From an uncultured Bacillota bacterium (GTDB lineage Bacteria > Sysuimicrobiota > Sysuimicrobiia > Sysuimicrobiales > Segetimicrobiaceae), in contig CAWDRG010000004.1 in NCBI GenBank assembly GCA_963804645.1, forward strand, positions 132,940 through 196,939: 64,000 nucleotides of DNA, read 5' to 3'. Below are positions 39,738-49,891 of the stretch, piece by piece (positions within the stretch are counted from its first letter, which is position 1; the number at the start of each line of letters is the position of its first letter). Under the pieces are notes generated by a model. That model saw only the letters and a program-made list of their open reading frames with translations, searched no databases and was not told the DNA's origin. Both the position numbers and the translations under genes were made by a program.

Positions 39738-40195
39738 CAGCGGTTTTTTTTGACGCGCGCGGCAAGCAGACGCTCGATCGTTCGGCGATGCACATCGATG
39801 CCTTGCTCGGCTGCCAGGCGTTGCGCGATTTCCTGCCCACTCAATTCGGGATGCGCCCGCAGCAGTGTCTCGACCCATCGCACGGCGTCGGGCGTCAGCT
39901 TGAGCGGCCCGCGGCGCCCGCGCTTTTCATCGGTAAGGCCGACAACGCCGAACGCCTGGAAGTCGCGCAACGTCACATAAAACGTCTCCCGCGAAAAGCC
40001 AAACTCACGCGCGACCGTGGTGACATGCTGGCCGTCGAGCGCGTGGGCGCGCAGCATCTCATATTTAACCTGCACCTTGTCCAAAGGGTCGAAGAAACGA
40101 TGCCGTACGAACAGCGACGCCCGCACGTGCTCGGGATGCAGATGCAGGGCGCCGATGGACTCGAGGAACGCGCGTTTCGGATGCCGGCTCGGCAT
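39737..40195 (-). CDS. helix-turn-helix protein of the recombinase element
   Basis: FFDPLDKVQVKYEMLR, VAREFGFSRETFY, KRGRRGPLKLT and VHRRTIERLL motifs; GGAGG RBS. Confidence 0.85.
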   Translation of the reverse strand: MPSRHPKRAFLESIGALHLHPEHVRASLFVRHRFFDPLDKVQVKYEMLRAHALDGQHVTTVAREFGFSRETFYVTLRDFQAFGVVGLTDEKRGRRGPLKLTPDAVRWVETLLRAHPELSGQEIAQRLAAEQGIDVHRRTIERLLAARVKKNR

Positions 40196-40526
40196 GCGAC
40201 CACCTCCGTTGGCGCCAGCATAGGCTCCCTGGAGAGTTATGTCAAGTATTGTATGACGCACACATCTCGCGCGCCCGGGGCCTCGAAAGATAACCACGTT
40301 TCTTTATGCATCACTACGGTGGAATCGAGCGACCGCGCGTTCCACTGTCAAGTGGGCGAATCTGAGCGCCATAGATTACCTGACACTTTTCGCGCCCGAT
40401 TGCCTTTGGGCCTGCCTGCCGCTATCTCCTTCTGTGTGCGGCGTTGCCGGCGCAGGACCCACCAGCCCGTATAGTCGTCCGTGACTACCGAAAAGCGGAT
40501 CCGGTGATTTGAGATTCTAAGACAGT

Positions 40527-41473
40527 CGTGTGCGACTGTCTGAAGAGCGGCGTCGTCGATGCCCTGCCGCTATGAACCGGGCCTTCAACGGACATACGAG
40601 GATCTGATCCACCACTACGGGGCGGTCATCTTGCCGGCCCGCCCGGGGGCCGCGACGGACAAAGCCAAAATCGAAGCGGGTGTCTTGGTCGCCCAGCGGT
40701 GGATCCTCGCCCGACTGCGGCACGAGACGTTCTTCTCCCTCGAGGCGCTCAATGCGCGGATCGCCGAGCTCGTGCACGACCTGAACCACCGGAAGATCAT
40801 GCGCCTCTATCAGGCGACACGCTGCGGAGCAGTTTGAGCGGCTGGACCGGCCGGTGCTGCGGCCGCTGCCGGCGACGCCGTTCGAATACGGCGAATGGAA
40901 AGTCGCGCGCGTCAATCTGGACTACCATATCGAGCTCCGCGCGCACTACTATTCTGTCCCGTTCACGTTGGTCCATGAGGCGGTCGACGTGCGCTTCACC
41001 GCGACCACCGTCGAGATCTTCCACCGCGGTGAACGCGTGGCTGTCCACCGGCGCAGCCACGTGCGGGGCGGGCACACCACGATCGCGGCCCACATGCCGA
41101 AGGCCCACCAGGCGCACGCGGAGTGGACGCCGTCGCGGATCCTGGACTGGGCCCAGACGATGGGGCCCGAGACCCATGCCCTCGCCGACGAGATCCTGCG
41201 CGACCGGCCGCATCCGGAGCAAGGGTACCGGTCGTGCTTGGGCCTCTACCGGCTCGGCCGCCGGTACGGGAAGGCCCGCCTCGAGGCCGCGTGCGCGCGA
41301 GCGCGGGCCGTGGGCGCGCGCTCGTACCGCCACGTCGACGCCATGCTGAAGCGCGGTCTGGATCGTACGCCCGTGCCAGACGCCCCTGCTCGTCCACGCC
41401 GCCCATCAGCCCTGAGCATGTCCGCGGCCCGGAATACTATCAGCCCTGTGAGGAGGTCAGCCATGCTGACTAG
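40527..41473 (+). pseudogene. istA: IS21 transposase, 3' part (frameshifted)
   Basis: CDCLKSGV, HYG.VILPARP, DKAKIEAGV, HYYSVP, HMPKAH, HPEQGYRSCLG and EHVRGPEYY motifs. Confidence 0.92.
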
Positions 41474-42213
41474 TCCGACCGTCGAGAAATTGCGCGCGAT
41501 GAAGCTCTACGGCGTGCTTGCGGCGTGGGAGGCGCAACAGCAGGATCCGAGCAGCACCTCCCTCGCGTTTGATGAGCGGCTGGCTCTCCTGGTCGATGCG
41601 GAGTGGCTCGCCCGCGAGAACCGGCGCCTGGCCCGGGCATTGCTGGAAGCGAAACTGCGGCCCGAGTCATGCGTGCTTGGAAGCCCTCGACTACGCGGCC
41701 CGGCGCGGGTTGGAACGCGCCCAGATCCGTCAACTGGCCACCTGCCGGTGGGTGGCCGAACATCAAGCCGTCCTGATCATCGGGGCAACCGGCACGGGGA
41801 AGAGCTTCTTAGCGTGTGCCCTCGCGCATCAGGCGTGCCGCCAGGGCTACCGGGCCTTCTATTGGCGCACGTCGCGGCTCTTTCATGAACTCGCGTTGGC
41901 GCGGGCCGCCGGCACTTATCCGCGGCTGTTGGCCCGCCTGGCGCGGATCGACGTCCTCGTCCTGGACGACTGGGGCCTCGCGCCCATCGAGGATCAGCAA
42001 CGGCAGGATCTGCTCGAAATCCTCGAGGACCGCTACGACCTGCGCTCCACCGTGATCACCAGTCAGCTCGCGCCGACGCGCTGGCACGATTACTTGGCCC
42101 ATCCGACACTGGCCGACGCGATCTGTGACCGCGTGCTGCATCACGCCCACCGCATCGAACTGAAGGGCGAGTCGATGCGCAAGGTCCGGCCGAAGCCCGC
42201 GGAGGGGGGGTAG
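41463..42213 (+). pseudogene. istB: IS21 ATP-binding helper, one frameshift near 41670
   Basis: FDERLALLVD.E, GATGTGKS, LDDWGL, TSQL and ADAICDR motifs. Confidence 0.92.
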
Positions 42214-42508
42214 CTGGATGCCGACCCGGTCCAACAAAATGGCTCTACGGGCTTCCCAGGGGCCTGTTCTGTCGGCTGCGAGGCGGCGCGTTCAGCACCA
42301 ACGTCATTCCAGCGGGCGGCCACCGCCGAGGAGTTTGGGCCCCACGCTCGAAACGAAGCACGTCATCTCGACACCAGAAAGGAGGCACGTCCGCTCGTCC
42401 GGCCCCAGCGTCGCGTTGCTCCGAGCGTCGCTTCCGCTCCGTTCACGATCGCCGATCCTGGCGTTCACGATGGAGCGAAACGACCGTTCACGATGGCCGA
42501 AATGCGCA

Positions 42509-42537
42509 ACGTGAGTTCGAGGATGGTCTCGGTGGTG
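42509..42537 (-). repeat. diverged duplicate of the dnaN 3' end (right piece)
   Basis: ACGTGAGTTCGAGGATGGTCTCGGTGGTG matches 43575-43603 with one mismatch. Confidence 0.85.
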
Positions 42538-42553
42538 ACTGACGGCCTGTTTA

Positions 42554-43147
42554 TTACCCTGAGAAGAGCGGGCTCAAGTCGAGCACGAATCCCGCCAATT
42601 CGGGATCCAGCGAGACCGTGGTGTGTTTTGCAAAGGGTGTCTCGATCATCTCATGCCCCGGTCGTTGCCGGATCATTCGAGGTCGGTACGTGAAGACGAC
42701 GCGGTTCTCGGAATCGACAAGAATGGCGATGCGGGCACCGTTGGCCAAGTACGTCTGCATCTTGGCGTGGAGCTCTTCGATCCGATCGCTCGGGGAAGCG
42801 ATCTCGAATACCGCGTCCGGGCAGAACGGCGGGAACCCCTGTTGCTCAATGGCCGTCAAACGTTCCCAGCGTTCGCCCGGGACCCACGAGGCGTCTGGAG
42901 ACAACAGAGAACCGTCACGCAACCGAAACCCGGCGGAAGAGTCAAAGACCACTCCCGCTCGTGTTCGGTTCCAGTCACGTAACTGGCCGACGACTTCTGC
43001 GCTGCAACGGCTGCTGTTCCCACCGGCCGGAGTCACCACCAGTTCTCCCTTCGCATTGCGCTCGAACTGGTAGCCTGGGTTGTACCGGCCGAGCTCCAGG
43101 ATCTCCGCATCGGTGAGCGGTTTTGGATGTTTGAGAGAGATCGCCAT
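42554..43147 (-). CDS. Uma2/DUF820 family PD-(D/E)xK endonuclease
   Basis: FERNAKGEL, FDSSAGF, SPDASW, CPDAVFEIASPSD and KMQTYLANG motifs. Confidence 0.92.
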   Translation of the reverse strand: MAISLKHPKPLTDAEILELGRYNPGYQFERNAKGELVVTPAGGNSSRCSAEVVGQLRDWNRTRAGVVFDSSAGFRLRDGSLLSPDASWVPGERWERLTAIEQQGFPPFCPDAVFEIASPSDRIEELHAKMQTYLANGARIAILVDSENRVVFTYRPRMIRQRPGHEMIETPFAKHTTVSLDPELAGFVLDLSPLFSG

Positions 43148-43268
43148 GAGCCATGCCCCCAGTAGTCCGGTCCTCTAGATATTAGCACGTTCAGCTGTCC
43201 AGAGGCACTGTGCCTGAACCAAACGGGGCACCTCCGCCACGAGCACGCGACCTACGTGTGGTAACCGC

Positions 43269-43487
43269 TCACGATCCCCCGCGCATGGAGCGTCGGGGCT
43301 GCTCAAGCGATCGCCGGCGGTGGTCCAGACGGGCCCGCGCGAGTGCTTCGCATGCGTCCGAACAGACGAGCACAAGCGCGTGCCCGATCTGCACCTCGCG
43401 CAGCTGCGCCGGCGGCACCTCGTGTCGGTTGAAGCAACTGCGGGTCGCGTGCCGCGGATGAGGATCCCGGCGCGGTCGAATCGGCAT
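43269..43487 (-). CDS. small hypothetical protein with Cys/His residues
   Basis: ATG 4 nt after the dnaN stop; contains CFNRH...CSDAC. Confidence 0.45.
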   Translation of the reverse strand: MPIRPRRDPHPRHATRSCFNRHEVPPAQLREVQIGHALVLVCSDACEALARARLDHRRRSLEQPRRSMRGGS

Positions 43488-43491
43488 CGGG

Positions 43492-44613
43492 TTACGCGTG
43501 GACGCGCACGGGGGCGATGACGTGGACGTAGTCGTCGCCTCCGACCGGTCGGAGCGCCGCGGGCGACTGGGGCGACGTGAGTTCGAGGACGGTCTCGGTG
43601 GTGTCGATGACGTCGAGCGCCTCCTGCAGAAACACGGCGTTGAATGCGACCGTGATCGGTGAACCGCTGACCTCGGCGGCGATCCGCTCGCATGCGCTCC
43701 CGACATCCGGCGTGTTCGAGCCGATGTCCACCACCTGCTCTCCCACGGTCAGCCGGACGACGTGGCTGGAATCACGGGCGGTGATCCCGACGCGGCACAC
43801 GGCATTGCGCAGCGCTGCGGTCGCAGCCGTGATCCGGTGCGCGGGTGCCGCGGGCACGACGTGCTGATAGGCTGGGAAGGCGCCGGCAATGCGCCGGGTC
43901 ACGAGCCGAACGGCGGGCAGGGCGAAGGCGACGTGCGTCTCGCTGGCGGACACGGTGACAGGACCGCTGATCCCGCCCAGCAGCCGTGCCAGCTCCACGA
44001 CCGATCGTTTTGGCAGAATGGCGTCGAACGGCTGAGTCGATGCCATCACTGCGCGGCGGATCGCGAGGCGACCGCCATCCGTGGCCGCGACCTCCACGGC
44101 ACCGTCGTTCGCCTGGAAGTACGTCCCAGTCAGGAATGGGCGCGTCTCGTCGGTGGACGCGGCGTACGCGGTCTGGCGAATGATCGTTTGGAGTACCTGC
44201 GCGTCCACGGTCGCGAGATCGGGTCCGGCCTCAGTTGGGAGCGACGGGAAATCGTCCAGCGCTCCCGTCGGCAGCTCGAACGTGACCGACTCGCACGCCA
44301 CCGTGACCGCCCCGGTCTCGCGCTGGGTCAGGGCGACGGGAGCGTTGGGCAGGGACACGAGGATTTCGTGGAACAGGCGGCCGGGGACCAACGCCGCGCC
44401 GGCGCCCGACACCGTCGATGTGGCCCGCGCCGAGATGGCCAGCTCGAGATTCGTCCCCGTGAGCGTGAGCCCGTCCGTACGGGCATCAAGGAGGAGGTAG
44501 GTCAGGCTCGGGAGCGGGCTCGACCGCGAAACTGCACGAACGGCGGTCTGCGCCGCGATGAGAAGTGTGTCTCGAGCGCACTGGAGCGAGAAGGTACGTG
44601 TCTTCGTCGGCAT
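43492..44613 (-). CDS. dnaN: DNA polymerase III beta sliding clamp (element-borne)
   Basis: GTNLE, DDFP, ASTDETRPFLTG, ATDGGRLA, GAFPAYQHVVP, AFNAVFL and VIAPVR motifs; no dnaA/recF context. Confidence 0.93.
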   Translation of the reverse strand: MPTKTRTFSLQCARDTLLIAAQTAVRAVSRSSPLPSLTYLLLDARTDGLTLTGTNLELAISARATSTVSGAGAALVPGRLFHEILVSLPNAPVALTQRETGAVTVACESVTFELPTGALDDFPSLPTEAGPDLATVDAQVLQTIIRQTAYAASTDETRPFLTGTYFQANDGAVEVAATDGGRLAIRRAVMASTQPFDAILPKRSVVELARLLGGISGPVTVSASETHVAFALPAVRLVTRRIAGAFPAYQHVVPAAPAHRITAATAALRNAVCRVGITARDSSHVVRLTVGEQVVDIGSNTPDVGSACERIAAEVSGSPITVAFNAVFLQEALDVIDTTETVLELTSPQSPAALRPVGGDDYVHVIAPVRVHA

Positions 44614-44684
44614 GGGCCACGCCTCCCTGGCGTTGGGGTCAGTGCTGCGAGAGCGGCGTCGCCGCCGGCAGCGGCAGCGATCCG

Positions 44685-44969
44685 CTAGACGCGGCGTCCA
44701 CGGCTGTGGGGAGCAAGTTCGGCCAGCAGCTCCCGGACGCGCGCATACTCGATGGTGAGGCGCAGCCCGCTCGCCTGGGCGTGCGCATTGCGCCGCGGCC
44801 GGCTCGTGCAGGTCTTGGGAAGCACGTACGACCGGCCATTATCGGCGTACACGTGCAGAGGCCCGCTCGGCCGGCGTCCGACGACGATCGCCGTGAGACG
44901 TCGCATCCGACCAGGAATGCGGATCCACACGACGGGATAGGTGGCACGGGCCGCATCTTCAGGCATCAA
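44685..44969 (-). CDS. hypothetical protein (94 aa)
   Basis: Co-oriented ORF in the leftward operon. Confidence 0.45.
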   Translation of the reverse strand: MMPEDAARATYPVVWIRIPGRMRRLTAIVVGRRPSGPLHVYADNGRSYVLPKTCTSRPRRNAHAQASGLRLTIEYARVRELLAELAPHSRGRRV

Positions 44970-44972
44970 CGC

Positions 44973-45209
44973 TCACCAGCATCGCCTCGGGGGCTCCGCC
45001 CGCCGGTGCGGCGGGCGCTTACTCGAGACCGCGAGTGTGTTCCAGGAATGCCGGACCAGGAGGTACGCTGCCTCAACTACCGGGGTGGGGGGAGACCCGG
45101 AGAGGCGCGCGCACCCCTGATCCAGCACATCGCGAGGCGTTCTCGTGTATCCACGACCAGGAGCGACGAGCGGCCGGCGTTTCGGCCCGCAGGGGCTCAG
45201 GGGGGTCAC
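44973..45209 (-). CDS. hypothetical protein (78 aa)
   Basis: GAGGAG RBS before GTG; fills an operon gap. Confidence 0.3.
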   Translation of the reverse strand: MTPLSPCGPKRRPLVAPGRGYTRTPRDVLDQGCARLSGSPPTPVVEAAYLLVRHSWNTLAVSSKRPPHRRAEPPRRCW

Positions 45210-45223
45210 GATCGACTCCTCGC

Positions 45224-45754
45224 TCAGGCGCTCAGCTGGGCCCGCAGCCGCCGAGCGCTTCGGTAGAACTCTCGAAAATCGGCGTACCCGCCGTACAGCA
45301 CGAGTGGGTACCGGCGCTCCCACCAGAGCCGCTCGAGCGCGACCAGGTCGTGCGTGCCGGTCTCGACGATCAAGGACTCCAGCAGCTCGCCGCAGGCTCC
45401 GGAGCGAAACAGCGAGTGCGCCGCCACCCGTTCGGCCCGGAGGGCCGCCGGTACCTGGGCCTCCGCCCGCTTGGTCCGGAGCACGGTGACAAGCACCCAC
45501 GGCGGGGTAGGGGCTCGGTCATTCCGCACGAGGACCAGGATCCATTCGCCGGACGCAAGGACCGCGCTTCCGGGCTTGAGGGTGCGCACCAGCCGTCGGC
45601 CCCGTCGTTCGAGCGGCACGGCACGTGCCAGGCGGTCACGGAGGTATTGGTCCGGACACGGCGGCAGCAGGTCGTGCGGGAACCGCACAAGGAGCTGGCG
45701 CTGCGCGTGGTGCGTGACGTGCACATCCTGCGGTCGTGGCGGCCACGGCGTCAT
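45224..45754 (-). CDS. hypothetical protein
   Basis: GGAGG RBS; VTHHAQRQ...R and VLVTVL segments; co-oriented with neighbours. Confidence 0.55.
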   Translation of the reverse strand: MTPWPPRPQDVHVTHHAQRQLLVRFPHDLLPPCPDQYLRDRLARAVPLERRGRRLVRTLKPGSAVLASGEWILVLVRNDRAPTPPWVLVTVLRTKRAEAQVPAALRAERVAAHSLFRSGACGELLESLIVETGTHDLVALERLWWERRYPLVLYGGYADFREFYRSARRLRAQLSA

Positions 45755-45789
45755 GCGTTCACCTCCGCACATTGCGTGGGCGCAGCTTG

Positions 45790-47080
45790 TCAGGCTGAGC
45801 GGCGCCCGGCCTCATCGAGTCCACGCCCGAACTCATCGATGAACGCCGTCGCCTCGCGCTCCGTCAGGTCCGCGGCCGAGGCCGCCTGCGGCGTCCGCCG
45901 ATCTCCGGTGAAGTTCCGGATCTGCGCGGCGAGCTGCGCGGGGGTCCAACCGCGCTTGGCCGCGATCGCGTGCACGGTCTCGATCTGCTGCGCGCTGGCC
46001 AGGGTCGGAGCGCCAGGGGCAGGGGGCGACGCCGGCGGCAGGGTCAGTTCTGTCTTGGTGGGCTTGCCCCGGGCCGTCTTCGCGATGATCTCCTGCGCCA
46101 ACTGGGTCGCGGCCGCCCGCTGTCCCTCGGTGAGCTGGCTTGGGTCGGTAACGCCGAACCGCTTCTTGAGCCAGGCGGCGCCCGGTGTCGCACCCTTCGT
46201 CTTCTCCAGCAGTGCCGCTTTGCGGATCAGCGTGTTGAAGTTGTCCGCTGCGAGAACCGCGGGCCGCTGAGCGGCCGCCGCCGAGGTGAGTGCCGGCACC
46301 GCCGCAGCGACCGGTCCGGAGTTCGGAGGGTCCGCGGCTGTGCTCGCAGAGCGCCGGATGCGCTTCGGCCGCGGTCACGGATCCCGCCGGGCGTTCTGCG
46401 GGCGGAACCGTCGCGGTCGGGGCGGCATCCTCGTCCGGGGCGGCCGCCGGTACCTCGCTGATCTTGACGTCGCCGTCCTCGTCGATCTCGACGGTCGCGC
46501 CGAGCTCCTCGGCCGTGTACAGTCCCATGGTGATGTCCGGCGCGACCACGCGGCACGCTTTGCCGACCGCGCGCCACAGGCACATCGTCCCGGGTTGCTC
46601 GCGCCAGTTGCGCTTCTGAAGCAGCGGCTTCCACGCATCGGCTTTGTGGTCGAACCATGTCAACCGTTCCGCATCCGCGACGGAGAAGCGCGCCGCGTAG
46701 GGTTTGCGCCCCCGCCGCTTCATCGTAACGGTGCACTGCGTCTCGTCACCCACGATCTCGATATCCTCGAGGATCCCGGCCCGCTCGACCATGGCCAGGA
46801 GCAGCTGGGGGGCGACGACCGGCTTGCCGCTGATCACGTCGATCTTGCCGAACGCTTCCATCGGGGGCACCTGCAGTTCGGCGCCCTTGATCATGATGGC
46901 GAGCGCTTTTTCGACCGTGTTTACGGTCTTCGGCAGATACTGGCTCGCCACCAACACCTGGGCCAGTTCCTTCAGGGTGCGAAAGTGGTCGGGGTTGCAC
47001 AGGGTCATCCACAGTGGCTGCGGGTGGGAGCGGATCAAGCGCAGGGCGCGATGTGGGGAACGAGCGAGTGCTTGGGACAT
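45790..47080 (-). CDS. RecT-like phage single-strand annealing protein, frameshift near 46330
   Basis: KGAEL.VPPMEA..I.VISGKP, NWREQPGTM..WRA and GLYTAEEL motifs; C-terminal part continues in frame 45790-46299. Confidence 0.75.
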
Positions 47081-47209
47081 CCGGCCATCACCTCGGTCGA
47101 CGTCGGGTGTCCGAGAGTATCCGGCTGCCTCTCGGATCCGATTGCACGTCACGTTCGCTCCGTGCGCGACCAGCGCACGCCGCTACCGCCGTCGTGGTGA
47201 GCACACATA

Positions 47210-47701
47210 TCAGTTCAGAAAGGGCTGGGGTGTTGCCGATGCGGAATCTGCCCCCCGAGCGCGCTCCAGCAGATAGGCCGCCAGCGACACCTCGCGTTTG
47301 ACGGTCCGTTGCGCGATCCCGACATTCGCGGGGTTCGAGGTGAATGCCATGCGGATCGCATCACCCGTGTGCCCCACGACCTCGAGCACGCGGCCGCCGT
47401 GTACAGGGAGGAGCACCGCCAGGCCGATCGGGACCGGCGTGTACTGCGCGCTCGCCGCGGCCAGATGGGCAAGAGGGGTCGGGGCAGGCTCGAGTTGGAG
47501 CACGATCTGTTTGACGTAGGCCTCAAGGCGCTGCCCGATGTACACCAGCCACTGGTCCACCGTCCAGCGCTTGGCGACCGGGAACATGATGCTGATCGTG
47601 TTCCCATCGGCGGGGACCAGCCAGACCATGGCGGCACCGGCGGGAACCGACTCGCGCGTCACGTCGATGGCGCACTCCGTGAGGGTAGCGGCAAGGTCCA
47701 T
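47210..47701 (-). CDS. hypothetical protein (163 aa)
   Basis: ATG with GGAG RBS and globular composition. Confidence 0.6.
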   Translation of the reverse strand: MDLAATLTECAIDVTRESVPAGAAMVWLVPADGNTISIMFPVAKRWTVDQWLVYIGQRLEAYVKQIVLQLEPAPTPLAHLAAASAQYTPVPIGLAVLLPVHGGRVLEVVGHTGDAIRMAFTSNPANVGIAQRTVKREVSLAAYLLERARGADSASATPQPFLN

Positions 47702-48017
47702 GGATCAGCTCCGTTTCGCCTTACGCATCGTCGGCTTGCCCCACAGTCTACGTGCGGTCGCCCACCCTCAGCAGACATCGGACCCGACGCAGTACGATCC
47801 TAGCCGGTCGCGACAGTCGTGGTGGGCAACCTGCGCGCGCGATCGACAGACGCGAGGGGCGTCCCCCACGCTCGATTGCGCCCCATACGGACTCCGTGGG
47901 GAAACGAGGATACCTCTGCGGACGCACGAGGAATTCGCAAGACGTCGCGCGATGAAGCAACGACCGGCTAAGGGAGCAGGAACGAGACCGCGAGCCGCAC
48001 CTTGGGCGCCGCAAGGG

Positions 48018-48120
48018 GACTCACGACGAATGTCTGCTCGCTGACATACCGGGAAGCCATCGCCTGGCGGTACATCACGAGCTGGCGGTCGACGCGGTTG
48101 AGCCGCCAGTACTCCGGCAC
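48018..48120 (-). pseudogene. Uma2-family remnant
   Basis: Reverse strand reads VPEYWRLNRVDRQLVMYRQ. Confidence 0.5.
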
Positions 48121-48269
48121 GCTGTGCTGTGCTGTGCTGTGCATGCACCTCGGCTTTGCGCGATCGTTCGAACGTCAGCGTAATATCCGGTACCTACACG
48201 AAAAGCGCACTGAGTGGTGCGCGTGTCCACAATAACCGGAGGGAACGGACGCTGGGGACCGGGACCGTA

Positions 48270-48674
48270 TTAGTTTGTCCCGGAGTTGATGAGTGTCTGC
48301 GCCCAGCGGACGACGCGTTCGGCTAATTGGAGCCCGGAAGCGTATTCTTCTGCGGTGACGACCTCAGAGAGACCAGGATACCTCGCCTCTACCGCATACT
48401 GGGTAAGCGCATCCGCGGCGCGGATGTCTTCCGGTACCTGAACGCCTCTGGTGTCGAGGAGGGAAAGGAGGCTGACGATGTCGTGAGTACGGGGAAATCC
48501 GATCTGGTAGGACGCCAGGACTGCCTTTATGGCCTTCTCGGCGGCTTGTTGGGCGTCAAAACACAGATCCTCGTACAGGATGTCGGGGTGGACACGTCCG
48601 CTGCGGGCACGGGCCAGGTTGCTTCGCGCTCGCCGTAACCACGCAGCCGCTACGGATCTGCTTTCAGGCGGCAT
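48270..48674 (-). CDS. HEPN domain protein (toxin partner of MNT)
   Basis: WLRRARSNL, CFDAQQAAEKAIKA, FPRTHD and YAVEARYP motifs. Confidence 0.9.
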   Translation of the reverse strand: MPPESRSVAAAWLRRARSNLARARSGRVHPDILYEDLCFDAQQAAEKAIKAVLASYQIGFPRTHDIVSLLSLLDTRGVQVPEDIRAADALTQYAVEARYPGLSEVVTAEEYASGLQLAERVVRWAQTLINSGTN

Positions 48675-48996
48675 ATATTTCTTGCCCCTCGCGGATAGCG
48701 GCGGCGATGACCGACAGGGGATCCTGAGTTTCGGTGGCGAGGTCCTCAGGAGTGGCGACGATCACATCTACCGGAATGGCAAGGCCGAAGAACGTCCGAT
48801 GGATCTCTTGGGCCAGCTGGCGACGATGCTGCACGCCTGACTTGACTACCAGGAGGTCGATGTCGCTGTCGGGGTGCGTGTCTCCGTGCGTGGTCGAACC
48901 GAAGACGAGAATCCGGTCTGGGCGCGCGACAGCGACAATGCGACGCACGAGTTCGTCGAGAATGTGCGCTGGTATGCGACTGTATAGTGCGTCCAT
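48664..48996 (-). CDS. minimal nucleotidyltransferase (MNT) antitoxin
   Basis: VFGS..HG...PDSDIDLLVV and PVDVIV motifs. Confidence 0.9.
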   Translation of the reverse strand: MDALYSRIPAHILDELVRRIVAVARPDRILVFGSTTHGDTHPDSDIDLLVVKSGVQHRRQLAQEIHRTFFGLAIPVDVIVATPEDLATETQDPLSVIAAAIREGQEIYAA

Positions 48997-49039
48997 GTCG
49001 GCCCTCTGCTGCATGCTCACAGGAAGATTCGCGTGGAAG

Positions 49040-49225
49040 TGACGTGCTCCTGTTGCCCCGCGCTTCAGGTCCGCCCGCCGGAAGGCGGGGGCGCTGGTGG
49101 TTATCAGGACGCTGCGGCCAACACCACAACTTTCGGTGCGATCCTTGGCTGCGTCCCCGTGTTCGCCCTGGAAGTTCATCGCATCCTCAGGCGCGGAGCT
49201 TCTTCGCCACATCCGCGTAGGTCAC
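49040..49225 (-). pseudogene. hicA: HicA toxin pseudogene
   Basis: MTYADVAKKLRA*GCDE...GSHRK with an in-frame TGA and a later frameshift; GTGA overlap with hicB. Confidence 0.7.
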
Positions 49226-49473
49226 GGACGAGTGACAACGCTTTCAACCCGGATCGGTTCATCGGTGGCAGGATGGCGGAGACCTGCCGGGATGGACTTC
49301 TTCAGATCCTCATAGAGCTCCAATACGGCGTCAAGGGCATCTTCGACATGCGCGAGGGCGTTCTGCGGCGTATCCCCCTCGGTAATCAATTCCGGCAAAA
49401 GAGGGCTGGTAACCGTATAACCGCCCTCCGGTTGGGGCGTGAGGACCAACGGGACCTTGTAGATCTGAGCCAT
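49222..49473 (-). CDS. hicB: HicB-family antitoxin
   Basis: PEGGYTVTSPLLPELITEGDT...ALAHVEDAL motif. Confidence 0.88.
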   Translation of the reverse strand: MAQIYKVPLVLTPQPEGGYTVTSPLLPELITEGDTPQNALAHVEDALDAVLELYEDLKKSIPAGLRHPATDEPIRVESVVTRP

Positions 49474-49717
49474 CACGCGTCCTCCCTGTAGGGGACCTTC
49501 GCGACAAGTATACTTAGAAGGGCCTGCGTGCGTTGTCGGAGTAATTGAGAACTCCGCGTACGCTAGCGACATCCCGAGAGAAGCGCCGCACCTGGGTCCG
49601 CGCTGACGCGCGATTGCTGCAGCCTATGACCGGCATCGCCGGCCTCAGACTTCGGTTCTCAGTTATGATAGTCGTCTCTGCGGATTGTGGAACCGGGCTA
49701 TGGGTAATCCCGTCCGG

Positions 49718-49891
49718 CTACTCTTTCGCGATGGTGACGGTCAGGTGCTGTGCGTCCCCCGTGTACCACTTGGCCACATAGAGCGTACCGACAAGCGGGG
49801 GCTGGTCGGGGACAGCTTTGTCCTGGAAGCGGACCGTGTTCTTCGTCTCCTTCTCCCGAACGAACGTGAGCGTGCGCACATCTGTGGCCAT
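49718..49891 (-). CDS. 57-aa beta-rich hypothetical protein
   Basis: AAGGAGG RBS; FVREKETKNTVRF...VGTLYVAK. Confidence 0.7.
   Translation of the reverse strand: MATDVRTLTFVREKETKNTVRFQDKAVPDQPPLVGTLYVAKWYTGDAQHLTVTIAKE

Larger units (their letters stand above)
37761..40526 (-). mobile_element. three-gene large serine recombinase integrative element inserted in istA
   Basis: GT core at 37761-62 and 40525-26 with inverted-repeat inner half-sites; removal rejoins istA as EAVVCDCLKSGV. Confidence 0.88.
36926..42508 (+). mobile_element. IS21-family insertion sequence, interrupted by a serine-recombinase element
   Basis: TGCGC...GCGCA ends; ATCGTGAACG at 36941, 36964, 36987 and 37010, with inverted copies at 42440, 42462 and 42485; istA and istB inside. 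Confidence 0.92.

Noticed and set aside
36845..43603. dnaN 3' repeat as a DGR template/variable repeat pair
   Set aside because: Mismatches include C/G changes rather than being adenine-specific, and there is no reverse transcriptase in the window.
48121..48142. (GCTGT)4 microsatellite as a phase-variation switch
   Set aside because: It adjoins only a Uma2 remnant; no intact gene or promoter is evidently controlled.
49187..49189. In-frame TGA in hicA as selenocysteine
   Set aside because: The position is not a Cys site in HicA and the gene is also frameshifted downstream.
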